From an uncultured Candidatus Binatia bacterium (lineage in GTDB: Bacteria; Desulfobacterota; Binatia; Bin18), in assembly GCA_965214605.1 (NCBI GenBank), contig OZ243961.1:2368001-2432000 (forward strand): a DNA stretch of 64,000 bases. Reading direction: 5' to 3'. This document shows, piece after piece, positions 49,868-60,348 of the stretch. The stretch's first letter is position 1, and the number at the start of each line of letters is the position of its first letter. The notes under the pieces were generated by a model. It was not told where the DNA came from, searched no databases, and saw nothing but the letters and a program-made list of their open reading frames with translations. Made by a program: the position numbers and the translations under genes.

Positions 49868-50594
49868 CCCCAGCTTCCTATTTCGGACTACGGTAACTCT
49901 TGGGAACCTGTGGCGACTCCGTCGTATGGTCCCTGCCAAAGCAGTCATGCTGCCACCTCCAAGCAAGCCGTGTTCATCGCTCAGTGTCCAGAATCTAAGA
50001 TACTTTGGGGCATATCGTATGCAATAGGGAAGTCGTCCCTGAGGCGGACGGGATTGGGGCTGTCCTGCGGAGTCGGAGATCGGCGTCTCGAATAGGCTCC
50101 TGGGTTTGCCTCTTCACAAACGGATTGGGACGCTTGGCAAGCGTGGCTCTGCTCTTCCGAATCCGAAGCGGTCCTGATGCGGGCAGAGCCGCCGACGCGT
50201 GACCGGGATGAAGTGGGTGGAGAGCGAACTTTTCAGAGGGGTTGACGGCACTGACGCTCCCGGTGAGGGGGCAGCAGCTCAGGGGCGACTCTTAGGCCGT
50301 TTATCACGGAGCGGTCGCTGAGGAGCGCGCCGCACATGTTCTTTACTAAGCGCCGCCGGTTTGACCTAAGAGCTTTTGAGCAACTGCCCACTTCCGCCGA
50401 TAAGGAACCCCCACGACCCGCTGGAGCAGCTCCCCGCTGCTCTCGCTGTCCCCCGAAGAAGCGGGCCGAGAGCGCTTCCCGCTGAGCCGCGGGGCAAGAG
50501 GGCACGGCCTAGCCTCGTATGCCCGGTCTGATAGTATTGCTAGTGCCGAGCCTCGCTCAGCGCGCTGTGGCGTTTTTCGTGAATGCGAGAAGCT

Positions 50595-51500
50595 ATGTTG
50601 CCCGCAGTCTTTACCCCCCAATTTCTCGCCCGACTAGAAACCCTCCAGCTTCGGGCACGGCGGAAATTTGTCGGGAGCCGTCCGGGGAAACATGTTTCGC
50701 CCCGACGTGGAGCCGGTCTTGAATTTGCCGACTATCGTCCCTACACCCCGGGCGATGATCTGCGCTATATTGACTGGAAACTGTACTGTCGCACCGACCG
50801 TCACTACATCAAGCTCTTTCAGGAAGAAGAAGACCTCTACATCTACCTGTTCCTCGACCTGAGCGCTTCGATGGGGTATCCGGTCAGCGATGAGAAGTAT
50901 GCCGCGGCCCGTAATCTGACCCTGGCCCTGGCCTATATCGTGTTGGCCGGGGATGATGCGGTCAAACTGCACCCCTTGACCAGCGATGAGACCGAGCAGG
51001 CGACGCCGTTTTTTCGCGGGCGGCGGCGCTTTGCTCAACTGAACGATTTTGTGACCGGGCTCCAACCCCAGGGCCGGCTGCACCCCCCGACCGCCCTCGC
51101 CCGCCACCTGCACGCCCTGCACCGTCCGGGCAAAGCGATCTGGGTGTCGGATTTTCTCTTTCCCATAGAGATGTTCCACACTTCGCTCAATCTGCTGCGG
51201 GCGGCCAATTTTGACCTGGCAGTCATTCAGGTGTTGGGCAGAACCGAGACCGATCCGCCGCTCCGGCCGGCCGGTGCCCGCTTTGTGGATAGCGAGAGCG
51301 GTGGATCGGCGCTGCTCCGTTTTGATGCCCAGGCCAAGAAATCCTATGTCGAGCGCCTGCAGCGTCACAACCGAGAGCTGCGCAGTTCGTGTCATCAGGC
51401 TGGCGTGCGTTATGCACAATTTGTGACTGGAACAGAAGGGACCGGTGATTTTCACGCTTTCGTCTTGCGCGAATTGCCGGCCTTAGGCCTGCTCAGTTAA
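50595..51500 (+). CDS. DUF58 domain protein
   Basis: GAGLEFADYRPYTPGDDLRYIDWK, DLSASM and SDF. Confidence 0.95.
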   Translation: MLPAVFTPQFLARLETLQLRARRKFVGSRPGKHVSPRRGAGLEFADYRPYTPGDDLRYIDWKLYCRTDRHYIKLFQEEEDLYIYLFLDLSASMGYPVSDEKYAAARNLTLALAYIVLAGDDAVKLHPLTSDETEQATPFFRGRRRFAQLNDFVTGLQPQGRLHPPTALARHLHALHRPGKAIWVSDFLFPIEMFHTSLNLLRAANFDLAVIQVLGRTETDPPLRPAGARFVDSESGGSALLRFDAQAKKSYVERLQRHNRELRSSCHQAGVRYAQFVTGTEGTGDFHAFVLRELPALGLLS

Positions 51501-51520
51501 AGGGGCGGTCGGTCGAACAT

Positions 51521-53368
51521 ATGGACTTCTCATTGCTCTCCGTGTCGTCCGCAGTGTCCCTGTTGGTGGCGCTCCCCGCCTTATTGGTGCCCTATTTATT
51601 CCGTCGGCGGGCGAGGCGGGTCATTGTTCCCTGCCTGTTCCTGTACGAAGGACTGGCCACCTCGGCCAGACAGGGACTGTGGGGCCGCTTACACCTCTCG
51701 CCCCTGTTCTTCCTCCAGCTGCTGATTCTTTTGCTCTTGATTTTGAGCGCGGCTCGTCCGGTCGTGCACAGCCGGAGCGGCTCTGTCGCCCTAGTGCTTG
51801 ATACCTCTGCGAGCATGCAGGCGCGTGTGGATAACGGTGCCACGCGCCTGTTTGATCTGGCCAAGCAAGAGCTGTGGTCGAGCGTGCAGACGACCCCCGA
51901 GGGAGCGCGTATCGGGCTGTTCACCGCTGCCCCCACTCCACAAGAAATTGCTGATATTGTCGTGGGGGGAGCATCAACGCTTTTTGTTCCCGATGCGGTT
52001 GATCCGCCGTCTGAGTCGGGCCCTTCTCTCCGCCGACTGCTCGAACGCATCGAGGCCACCGACGCCCCCGACCCGAGCGATGAGGTCTTGTCTCTTTTTT
52101 TTGCCCGGCTGTTGGCGCAGGAGGGCTTTCAGCGTCTGGTCTTCTTTACCGATAGACCCCTGGTCTCGTCAGCCCAACCGCACATCTCGGTGGTACAGGT
52201 CGGGGAACCCGGCCCGAACCTTGGTATCATCGGCTTTCGTCTATACCGCAGCCCCTTTTTTCCTGATGCGGTTGAGGCCACACTGCGGGTCGGGGGCGGA
52301 GAGCTCAGGGAAGGCTGGCGGGTCAGCATTGAAGATGTTGAGAGCGGTCAGCGCCTCCAATCGCTGGCGGGGAGCGCCGCCCAAGACCAGACCTTTTCTT
52401 TTTCTGGTCTGCCTGTGGCCGCCACCTACCGGGCTCGGCTGTTGATCGAAGACGGTCTTGCCCTGGATAATGAGGCTTATGCTGTCCTGCCCTCACTGAG
52501 ATCGGTGGCGGGACTGCTGGTCACGCCGCTCCCTCCACGCACTTCCGGCCTGTCCCAGATTCCCTCTCTCAGGCTTGAGCAGGTTCCCCCTCAAGACTAT
52601 AGCCCAGAGATGGCTGCCCGTTTTCCATTTGTGATTTTTCACCTGACTGCCCCCGCAACCTTGCCGCCGAGCAATGCCGCTGTTGTATTGCCGCCCGAGG
52701 GCAATAGCGTCTTTCCCTTAGGCCGGGCGGTTGCCGGACCTGACATGACTCGCTGGACGGTCGGTCACCCACTGGTGAGGTATGTGAATTTTCCGCTCTT
52801 GCAACCGACCTTCGGCCAGGCGTTCTCGCCACCGGCCTGGAGCGAAACGGTCGTTCATGCCACGCCCGGACCGCTGATCTTGGCCGGCGAGCGGCGCGGC
52901 TATCGCTATGTCGCTGTTGGGTTTGACTTGTTCCCGTACCTTGGCAAGCGGAATTTACCGATCTCGATTCTGACCCTGAACCTGTTGGATTGGCTGGCCA
53001 GTCAGGCCGGCCACCCGCCCAGTCTGAAAACCGGGACGAGCCTGACTCTCCATGGACAATCACCGCAGGTCTCTGGTCCGGACGGACAGCCCCTGTCCAT
53101 TGCCGGCCGGAGTCTGAGTCTGCTCAAGCAGGGGGTGTATCGTGTCACCCAGGATGGACACCAGCGCCACCTTGCCGTCAATATCAGCAGTGCCGAGGAG
53201 TCCCGACTCGGGCGGTCCCTGCGGCTGGCTGTTCCCCCGCTGGTGAGACCGGAGCCAACAACCCAGCGTCCAGTCTGGCCGTGGATTATTGTTGCCGTGT
53301 TGCTGCTTTTAGGCCTCGAACGCCGCCTTGGCAAGAGGCAGGAAACAAGAGGCAGAGATTGGGACTGA
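51521..53368 (+). CDS. BatA/vWA domain membrane protein
   Basis: N-terminal double-TM BatA segment (PYLFRRR...AARP), MIDAS LDTSASM and a C-terminal TM. Confidence 0.85.
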   Translation: MDFSLLSVSSAVSLLVALPALLVPYLFRRRARRVIVPCLFLYEGLATSARQGLWGRLHLSPLFFLQLLILLLLILSAARPVVHSRSGSVALVLDTSASMQARVDNGATRLFDLAKQELWSSVQTTPEGARIGLFTAAPTPQEIADIVVGGASTLFVPDAVDPPSESGPSLRRLLERIEATDAPDPSDEVLSLFFARLLAQEGFQRLVFFTDRPLVSSAQPHISVVQVGEPGPNLGIIGFRLYRSPFFPDAVEATLRVGGGELREGWRVSIEDVESGQRLQSLAGSAAQDQTFSFSGLPVAATYRARLLIEDGLALDNEAYAVLPSLRSVAGLLVTPLPPRTSGLSQIPSLRLEQVPPQDYSPEMAARFPFVIFHLTAPATLPPSNAAVVLPPEGNSVFPLGRAVAGPDMTRWTVGHPLVRYVNFPLLQPTFGQAFSPPAWSETVVHATPGPLILAGERRGYRYVAVGFDLFPYLGKRNLPISILTLNLLDWLASQAGHPPSLKTGTSLTLHGQSPQVSGPDGQPLSIAGRSLSLLKQGVYRVTQDGHQRHLAVNISSAEESRLGRSLRLAVPPLVRPEPTTQRPVWPWIIVAVLLLLGLERRLGKRQETRGRDWD

Positions 53369-53412
53369 GGGATGTTGGCCCGTCTTCCCCTTCTCAATTC
53401 TTTATTCTCGAG

Positions 53413-56016
53413 ATGGACACCGCTTCTTCCCTTCCCTCCTCCCTTCTGTCTTGGCTGCCGCCGCTGGCATTTGAGCGGCCCGCGTTTTTGTGGCTTTTTG
53501 CCGGGCTGCCCCTCTTGTGGCTGTTGGAGTGGCGTTCGTTACGGTCCGGGATTGGGGTGGTCAGCCTGGTCCTCCACGCTTTGCTGGTGGGGCTGTTAAT
53601 TCTGATTGCGGCCGGCTGGCAGAGCCTGCGACCGGGCACGGTTCACGCTCCGCTGCTCGCCTTCGACGTCTCCCACAGCCTGACGGCTGATCAACGCCGC
53701 TGGATGCGGGAGACCGCGGTCCGACGACTCGCACCACCCCCCGACACGCCGACCCTGCTGTTTGCCGGCAGACGTGAGTGGTTGCCGTGGAGCCAAGCCG
53801 AGTCCTTGCTACTTGCCCCGCCCCCACACTTACAGCTTGAAGAGAGTAACCTGGCCGGCGCCCTGACTGGCATCCTGAACGAGAGTCCGGGACGAACGAC
53901 CTATCTGCTGAGCGACGGCTGGGAGACGGTCGGAGCGGCCGCCCCACTCCTTCCCCTCCTAGCCGAACGTCGCCACCACCTCTATCCGTTGACTCCGCCG
54001 GGTGCCGAGCCAGCTCCGAACATTGCGGTCCAGCGTATCGGTGTCCCGCCTGTGGTGCAAAAAGGGGACGCCGTGGCGCTGAGCCTGGTCCTTGACAACT
54101 CCCACCCCAGCCCTGTTCAGGGGGAACTGGTCCTGCGACAACATGACCGGCCGGTGTGGCGGGATCACGTCAGTCTATCACCAGGGGTTTCTCTGTTGAC
54201 CCGCTCAATTTCCCTGTCTGAAGAGGGTCTGATTCCGCTACAGGTGATGTTCACCCCGGCGTCCGGGGTGCAGGATGCCCGCCCGGATGATAACCGGGCG
54301 GTGGCCTGGGTCCAGGTCAGCACGCCCGACACGGTCTTAGTACTCGGTGCTCGGGAGCGTGATAACCGCTATTTACAACAGGCGCTCGACAGCCATGGAT
54401 TTGAGGTGCGGGTCGTGGACTACTCTTCTCCATCAACGGTGGTGCCGACCCCGGAATCGTTCGGCGTAGTCATTCTGAACAATGTGGCCAAGGATAGCCT
54501 CCCGTCGGCCCTGCCGGAGCGTCTCCAGACCTATGTGCACAACGGCGGGGGCTTGATCATGGTCGGTGGCGAATCGAGCCTCGGTCTAGGCGGCTACACC
54601 GGCACGCCGATTGAGCAAGCCCTACCGGTGTCTCTCATGCCGCCCCAAAAAGAGGAAAAGCGGACGGCCGTGATGCTGATCATTGATAAATCAGGCAGTA
54701 TGCGCCGGGAGCAGCGGCTGCTGTTCGCCAAAGCCGGTGCACGTGGCGTGGCGCGTAACCTGAAGGATAGCGACCTGTTTGGCGTCATCGGTTTTGATAG
54801 AGCGCCGTTTCCCGTCATTCCGCTGAACTATCTGGGCAAGATTCGTAACGACGTAGAGTCACGGATCGCCAGACTCAAAGCGGCCGGCGGGACCTACCTC
54901 TTGCCTGCCCTAAAAGAGGCCAAAGGTCAGCTAGAGCGTCAAGACGCCACCCGTAAGCACGTGGTAATCCTCACCGACGGTGAAACCGGCGGCAGTGGCA
55001 GCAATTATCTCGACCTCGTATCGGTCATGCACCAAGAACTCAAGATGACCATCTCGACCATTGCCGTTGGACAACGGCCCAATCTCCGCCTGCTGTCGCG
55101 TCTGGCTGCCTACGGCGGCGGGGCTTTCCACCACACGACCGACCCCTCTACCCTGCCTGAGCTGTTTATTGGTGAGCTTGAGGAAAAAGCCGAAGAAAAG
55201 ACCATGGTCGAAAAGGATCTCATCCCCATCCCCAACCCTCGCTCGCCCCTCCTCCCAGACCTGGCCAAGCGCCGGCTGCCGCAGGTCAAGGGTTATGTTG
55301 AGGCACGGCTCAAGACCGGCGCCCGCAGCGACGCGTCGCTACAGGTGAACAGCGTGTTTACGCCTCTGCTCGCCTCGTGGTCGTACGGACGGGGCCGAGC
55401 CGTGGTCTTTACCTCCGACGTCAACGGTCGGTGGTCGGCACCGTGGATCGGCTGGGGTGGTTTTAGCACCTTTTGGGAACAGATCGTTCGCTGGACCGGA
55501 CAAAACACAGCCGGCCAAGAAAAGACGACCGATTTTGCGGTCGAACTAGGTCACACCGGTCGAGGCCTGGTCATTGATCTCTTCTCCTACGCCAGCCAGG
55601 AGCAGGGCCGAACGGCTTCCGCCGAACTCCGTCTGCCGAGTCACACGACCCACGCGTTGGCTTTGGAGCGGCTGGCGCCGGGCCACTACCAGGGGGTCTA
55701 TCCCGGCCCTCAGCCGGGCGACTACCGGGTCGAGTTGCACCTGCCGTCTGGCAAAACGTTGGGCCCACTAGGATATACCGTACCAGCGCTAGACCAAAAG
55801 GGAGAAACCCCCCAGCCCCAGCCAAACCTAGTCTTGTTGGAAACCCTGGCCCACGCAACCGGCGGGAGTCTGAATCCAGACCTCGGTGCTGTCGTCCACC
55901 CCGTCAGCCCCCCCCAGCCCCGGCCGCTGTTGCCGTATTTGATTCCGCTGGCCATGGGGCTGTATTTGCTGGACCTGTTGGTGCGGCGAATGGATACCGG
56001 GCCGGCCGGACCCTAG
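53413..56016 (+). CDS. vWA + GATase1-like membrane protein
   Basis: FERPAFLW TM start, a degenerate DVSHS, GGGLIMVGG..GGYTGTPIEQALPV, MIDAS IDKSGSM and LTDG, and YGRGRAVVFTSD. Confidence 0.88.
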   Translation: MDTASSLPSSLLSWLPPLAFERPAFLWLFAGLPLLWLLEWRSLRSGIGVVSLVLHALLVGLLILIAAGWQSLRPGTVHAPLLAFDVSHSLTADQRRWMRETAVRRLAPPPDTPTLLFAGRREWLPWSQAESLLLAPPPHLQLEESNLAGALTGILNESPGRTTYLLSDGWETVGAAAPLLPLLAERRHHLYPLTPPGAEPAPNIAVQRIGVPPVVQKGDAVALSLVLDNSHPSPVQGELVLRQHDRPVWRDHVSLSPGVSLLTRSISLSEEGLIPLQVMFTPASGVQDARPDDNRAVAWVQVSTPDTVLVLGARERDNRYLQQALDSHGFEVRVVDYSSPSTVVPTPESFGVVILNNVAKDSLPSALPERLQTYVHNGGGLIMVGGESSLGLGGYTGTPIEQALPVSLMPPQKEEKRTAVMLIIDKSGSMRREQRLLFAKAGARGVARNLKDSDLFGVIGFDRAPFPVIPLNYLGKIRNDVESRIARLKAAGGTYLLPALKEAKGQLERQDATRKHVVILTDGETGGSGSNYLDLVSVMHQELKMTISTIAVGQRPNLRLLSRLAAYGGGAFHHTTDPSTLPELFIGELEEKAEEKTMVEKDLIPIPNPRSPLLPDLAKRRLPQVKGYVEARLKTGARSDASLQVNSVFTPLLASWSYGRGRAVVFTSDVNGRWSAPWIGWGGFSTFWEQIVRWTGQNTAGQEKTTDFAVELGHTGRGLVIDLFSYASQEQGRTASAELRLPSHTTHALALERLAPGHYQGVYPGPQPGDYRVELHLPSGKTLGPLGYTVPALDQKGETPQPQPNLVLLETLAHATGGSLNPDLGAVVHPVSPPQPRPLLPYLIPLAMGLYLLDLLVRRMDTGPAGP

Positions 56017-57692
56017 GCTTGCCCGCCTGAGATTTTCAGCAAACTTGGTTCATAGTCCTCGGGTGGCTGATAGCCGAGCAGCTCCAACACGGTGGCGGCC
56101 ACATTGGCCAGACCGGCCTCGGGGAGGTCATCACGCAGCGACAGGGTGCGCCCGTCGCCCTCAATCAGGAAAAAGGGAACCGGATTCAGCGAGTGCGAGG
56201 TCCGTGGCTGCGGCTTGCCGTCCGCCCCCAGCAGCGGCCGCTGGGAGGAGTCGCGCTGGACCATGTCTTCGGCGTTGCCGTGATCGGCAGTGACGACCAG
56301 ACAGCCCTTCTTGGCTAACACTTCGGGCAATATCCTGCCCAATGCCCGGTCGACCGCCTCAATTGCGGTGATTGAAGCGTCAATCTTGCCGGTATGGCCG
56401 ACCATGTCCCCGGCGGCAAAATTGGCGCGGATGAAGGGGGCGGCGTTGCGAAGCGCTTGAATTACCGTCTGCGCGGTTTCTGCCGACTTCATCCACGGGG
56501 CTTCATCAAACGGGACCTGATCGGACGGGATCTCAATATACTCCTCGCTTTGGTCATCAAACTTCCCCGAACGATTGCCGTTCCAAAAATAGGTCACATG
56601 ACCGAATTTCTGGGTTTCCGAACAGGCGAGCTGCCGCACCCCGTTGTGGGCCAGGTACTCGCTGAGCGGCCGTTCAATCTCGGGCGAAGGGACGAGAGAG
56701 CACCGGGGAATCTTGAGATCCCCATCGTACAACATCATGCCTGCATACAGGACCTGGGGCACACGACCCCGGTCGAATTTGTCAAACGTCGGGCCGGCTT
56801 CAAACGCCTGTGAAATTTCCAGCCCTCGGTCGCCTCGAAAGTTAAAAAAGATTACCGCGTCCCCGTCCTGAACAGGGCCCAACGGCCTGCCGTCCGGCCC
56901 ACACACCACGAACTCAGGAAGAAATTGATCGGCAATACCGGGGGTTTCTTGCCGATAGGTCTCAATCGCGCTGCGGGCGCTGAGAAACGTTCGGCCGAGG
57001 CCGTGCACCTGAGCGTTCCAGCCACGTTCGACCATGGCCCAGTCGGCCTCGTAGCGGTCCATGGTTGTCGTCATCCGCCCGCCACCGGACGCAATACCGT
57101 AATCGTTTCCGGTGTGTCGAACACTTGCTAGGACTTCTTCCAAACGATCAATATACACCAGGGCCGAGGTCTCAGGCACATCCCGGCCGTCCTGAAGGGC
57201 GTGAACATACAGGCGTGGGAGTGCCTCGTGGGCAGCGCGCTTGATCAGGGCGAACAGGTGCCTCTCGTGCGAGTGAACATTGCCGTCCGACACCAAACCG
57301 ATCAGGTGCAGAGTTCCATCCGTCGCCCGCAGGTGGTCGATGATAGTCTGCCAGGCCCCATTCCAGATCGTGCCGTGTTCGATTGCCAAGTCAACGAGCT
57401 TGGCCCCCTGGTCAAAAATACGACCCGCTCCCAGAATATTATGGCCAACCTCTGAATTCCCCATATCCGCGTCTGAGGGCAGTCCGACTGCGGTGCCGTG
57501 AGCGCGGAGCTGGCGCGCTAGGCCGCCTTCGCCCAACGCGTCGAGGGTCGGGGTTTTGGCACGGGCTACCGCGTCAAACTCGTCGCCCCGACCGATACCG
57601 ACGCCGTCGAGAATAAGCAAAACAACCGGACCTTGGGAAGCAGAGAGCGTGGCATGTGGCTTGAGTTTCATGGAATCTGCCTTTGGTGTCAT
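56013..57692 (-). CDS. gpmI: 2,3-bisphosphoglycerate-independent phosphoglycerate mutase
   Basis: LDGVG, MGNSEVGH, SDGNVHS, DGRD, MDRYE, NFRGDR, ETQKFGHVTYF, DMVGH and TADHGN. Confidence 0.97.
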   Translation of the reverse strand: MTPKADSMKLKPHATLSASQGPVVLLILDGVGIGRGDEFDAVARAKTPTLDALGEGGLARQLRAHGTAVGLPSDADMGNSEVGHNILGAGRIFDQGAKLVDLAIEHGTIWNGAWQTIIDHLRATDGTLHLIGLVSDGNVHSHERHLFALIKRAAHEALPRLYVHALQDGRDVPETSALVYIDRLEEVLASVRHTGNDYGIASGGGRMTTTMDRYEADWAMVERGWNAQVHGLGRTFLSARSAIETYRQETPGIADQFLPEFVVCGPDGRPLGPVQDGDAVIFFNFRGDRGLEISQAFEAGPTFDKFDRGRVPQVLYAGMMLYDGDLKIPRCSLVPSPEIERPLSEYLAHNGVRQLACSETQKFGHVTYFWNGNRSGKFDDQSEEYIEIPSDQVPFDEAPWMKSAETAQTVIQALRNAAPFIRANFAAGDMVGHTGKIDASITAIEAVDRALGRILPEVLAKKGCLVVTADHGNAEDMVQRDSSQRPLLGADGKPQPRTSHSLNPVPFFLIEGDGRTLSLRDDLPEAGLANVAATVLELLGYQPPEDYEPSLLKISGGQA

Positions 57693-58142
57693 GGTTTGTG
57701 GTCGGAGAGACGCAGAAAAATCAGGAGTTGCGATGCACGCTCATCGATATCACAGCGGCTTGATTTCTTGAATGCGGGAAAGGTGATCGTAAGATTGAAT
57801 GTCGGCATGGCGTCTATGCGGCCGTTTGGGTCAACACAGATTACACAAAGCACGGAATCCACAAGACTTCTGGGCTGTGCGTTGGCCCGTGTCAGCGTGT
57901 TCTTAATAGGTCTCGCTCTGAGCAATCCTCTGACGGGATACCACAGAGACCCGCCGAGCGTTTGTCCAGCGGCCTGGTCTTGAGATCCTCGGTCATGTCT
58001 CCCTCTCACCGGAAGAGTGGAAACACGCGACACGGCTCAGGTTGTAGCACAGAAACCGAATAGCCCGCGCGCACCGCCGGAGCCTTGGCATAGACGAGAG
58101 AAAGGCCCTCATTTTGGTCGGTATTGGTGAGCAGTACATCAG

Positions 58143-59340
58143 TCACGCGATTTCTCCTATCAGCCGATCGGTATCACGAAGGCGAATTTCGCCGGACATA
58201 AGCTTAGGGAGTAAGGCCTCGCGCAGTGCAATGAGGGTGCCTGATGCGTGCGCGGTGGCGCTGGCTTGCGCGAAGAGCGCTGGAAGGCTCGGGCGACTTT
58301 CGTCGAGGGCGCCACTAGTGGCAAGTGAGACAGAGCTTTCGCTGGCACGCGCTGGCGTCCGCTTGTTCGTGTGGATTGCGAATTCACGGAAATCTGGGCT
58401 TCGTGCCAAGCAGTACGCGAATTCGTTGGGGATCGGAGGCTTTGGTCGCATCACGATGTACTCGGTTGACCCCCAGCCGATGCAACCGTCTGTCAGAAAA
58501 TCGACATAGGTCGCCTTGCCGTTTTCAAGGCGGGGCGTCATGCGTGCAAGAAGGGTATCGCCATTGATGAAACGCATACCAGAACCGAACGGCCTATCAA
58601 TCCACTTGTCGGGTACATGGCCCTTGGTCGGGATGTTGGCCATGTCGAGATACGGGCGGTCTCTCCTTTTCAAAGCGTTCTCTTGGGGTTTAGGTCGATT
58701 ACGTCACAGAATAAAGAAGCTTCCCATCCCTCCGGAATCTCGCCAAGTTCCGAGTCGACAAGCCGATCAGGAAACAGGTCGTCGATATACCAGGGCAGCC
58801 CGGTCTCGCGACCTGCCATCTTGACGCGGACGGGATCGCAATCGACGAACCACGACTTGAACAGGGCGCGGGCCAGCGCCTCCAGCGTCTCGTTCATGCG
58901 CCGGTTCAACTCAATCTTCGCGTCCAGCCTGCCCAGGATGGGGGCGCGGGCCCGGTGTTGTGACACGTCAGGCACGGGCAAGTCGCACGCGTGCGCTTCA
59001 TCACGATTGAGGCCGGGAACCGCGCGCTCGAAGTTGAGGGTTTGCCCCCCTATGGAGTGGAGAGCAAAGGTGGTCTCAAGAGGCCAAGCTGGTGGGGACG
59101 GGTCAGGAACAGCTCCCACCGTTCCTGTGCCTCCGATGAGGACAGGCGGCCCACTTGTGCGGGCGGCCTCGTGATCACCAATACCACCATTAGCCCCGAC
59201 CACGGGCATGGCCCCCGCTGGATTTCTCTTCCCCTCTGGGAAACGCTTGCCATAAGAAAACGGGGCCAATTCACCCCTGGTTGTCTCAACGGACCCATTG
59301 GGCGTGCCTGAGTTGGGCTAGGGCGGCCTGCCGCATCCGA
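58143..59340 (-). pseudogene. hsdS: Type I RM specificity subunit pseudogene
   Basis: Two TRDs, the central conserved region LDAKIELNRRMNETLEALARALFKSWFVD...DSELGEIPEGW, and C-terminal LREALLPKLMSGEIR. Frameshift near 58670, with apparent deletions. Confidence 0.88.
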
Positions 59341-59349
59341 TTCTCGGCG

Positions 59350-59764
59350 CGTACCCCACCCATATTCCCGCTCGCTCTCGCGGTGGAAGCGCGCCGGGAG
59401 GCCCGCCCAGTCCCACCAGGCAGGGGATGCTGGATTGGTGCCCCGCCTCCTCGAACGCCGCCAGGCGGTCGGCCGGGATTGTGTCTTCAAGTCTGGACCG
59501 CGCAGCGCGAGGGCAAGTTCTCGGCGATCTACTCGTCGCGGTCCTCGGCGGCCTCCGCGCCCCATCCGGCGAGCACCACCGGGTGGCACTCCTCGAAGGC
59601 GTCGGAGAGGTATTTGAGGAAGATCAGCCCGAGGACGACATGCTTGTACTCGGCCGCGTCCATTGAGCCGCGCAGCGCGTCGACCATCGCCCACAGCTCA
59701 GCCTCATGGCCGGGCGTGGCGCCGCCGTCCGGTTTCGCTGTCTTGTGGGTCTTCTCCGGACCAT
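59350..59764 (-). pseudogene. hsdM: Type I RM methyltransferase pseudogene (most of the gene deleted)
   Basis: [39 protein letters not shown]...EDRDE* is the HsdM N-terminus. Only about 0.4 kb remains, with no NPPF or SAM-binding motif. Confidence 0.88.
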
Positions 59765-59823
59765 GCAGCGCCCTTCCGATCATTGGTTCCGGGCCCGGCC
59801 AAAGACGGCTGGGCAGCTGGCGC

Positions 59824-60300
59824 TTATTCGGCCAGACTCCGATATTTCCCTTTATAGAACAGCAGAGGTGCAGCATCGACAGTGGCGATGGTCTGGATCT
59901 CGCCGGTGTAAATCGTATGGTCGCCCCCCTCATAGCCGGCAGCGACCTTGCATTCGATATGGGCTAAGGCTCCATCAAGCAGCGGCACCCCAAGGCCACC
60001 CACGCTATAGGGGACCCCCTCAAACTTCTCGATGCCCTTGGTGGCAAAACGGGTTGAGAGTTCTTCCTGCTCAAGAGACAGCACATTGACCGCAAAGACT
60101 CCCGAGTCCTCAAAGCAGGCGTAGCAGTCAACGGTCTTATCAATGCAAACGAGCAGCAGGGGCGGATCAAGCGACAGCGAGCTAAACGCATTAGCGGTCA
60201 AGCCGAATGGTTTGTCGGTTTTATCCTTTGTGGTAATGATGGTCACGCCGGTGGCAAAGTGCCCCATAACGTTGCGTAGCTCGCGTGGATCAATAGCCAT
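59824..60300 (-). CDS. Flavin reductase (HpaC/DIM6/NTAB family)
   Basis: [36 protein letters not shown] and PLLFYKGKY. Confidence 0.95.
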   Translation of the reverse strand: MAIDPRELRNVMGHFATGVTIITTKDKTDKPFGLTANAFSSLSLDPPLLLVCIDKTVDCYACFEDSGVFAVNVLSLEQEELSTRFATKGIEKFEGVPYSVGGLGVPLLDGALAHIECKVAAGYEGGDHTIYTGEIQTIATVDAAPLLFYKGKYRSLAE

Positions 60301-60348
60301 ACCGCCCTCCTCGCGTGTGATCTTCGTCCATGACTGCTACCAGAGGCG

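Noticed and set aside
50005-50030. Second sigma-54 promoter (GGGCATATCGTATGCA)
   Set aside because: The spacing fits, but the conserved T before GG is missing and no gene start follows closely.
52990-53412. N-terminal extension of the 1008-aa track ORF
   Set aside because: It overlaps the upstream BatA gene in another frame. Family-like sequence begins after the ATG at 53413.
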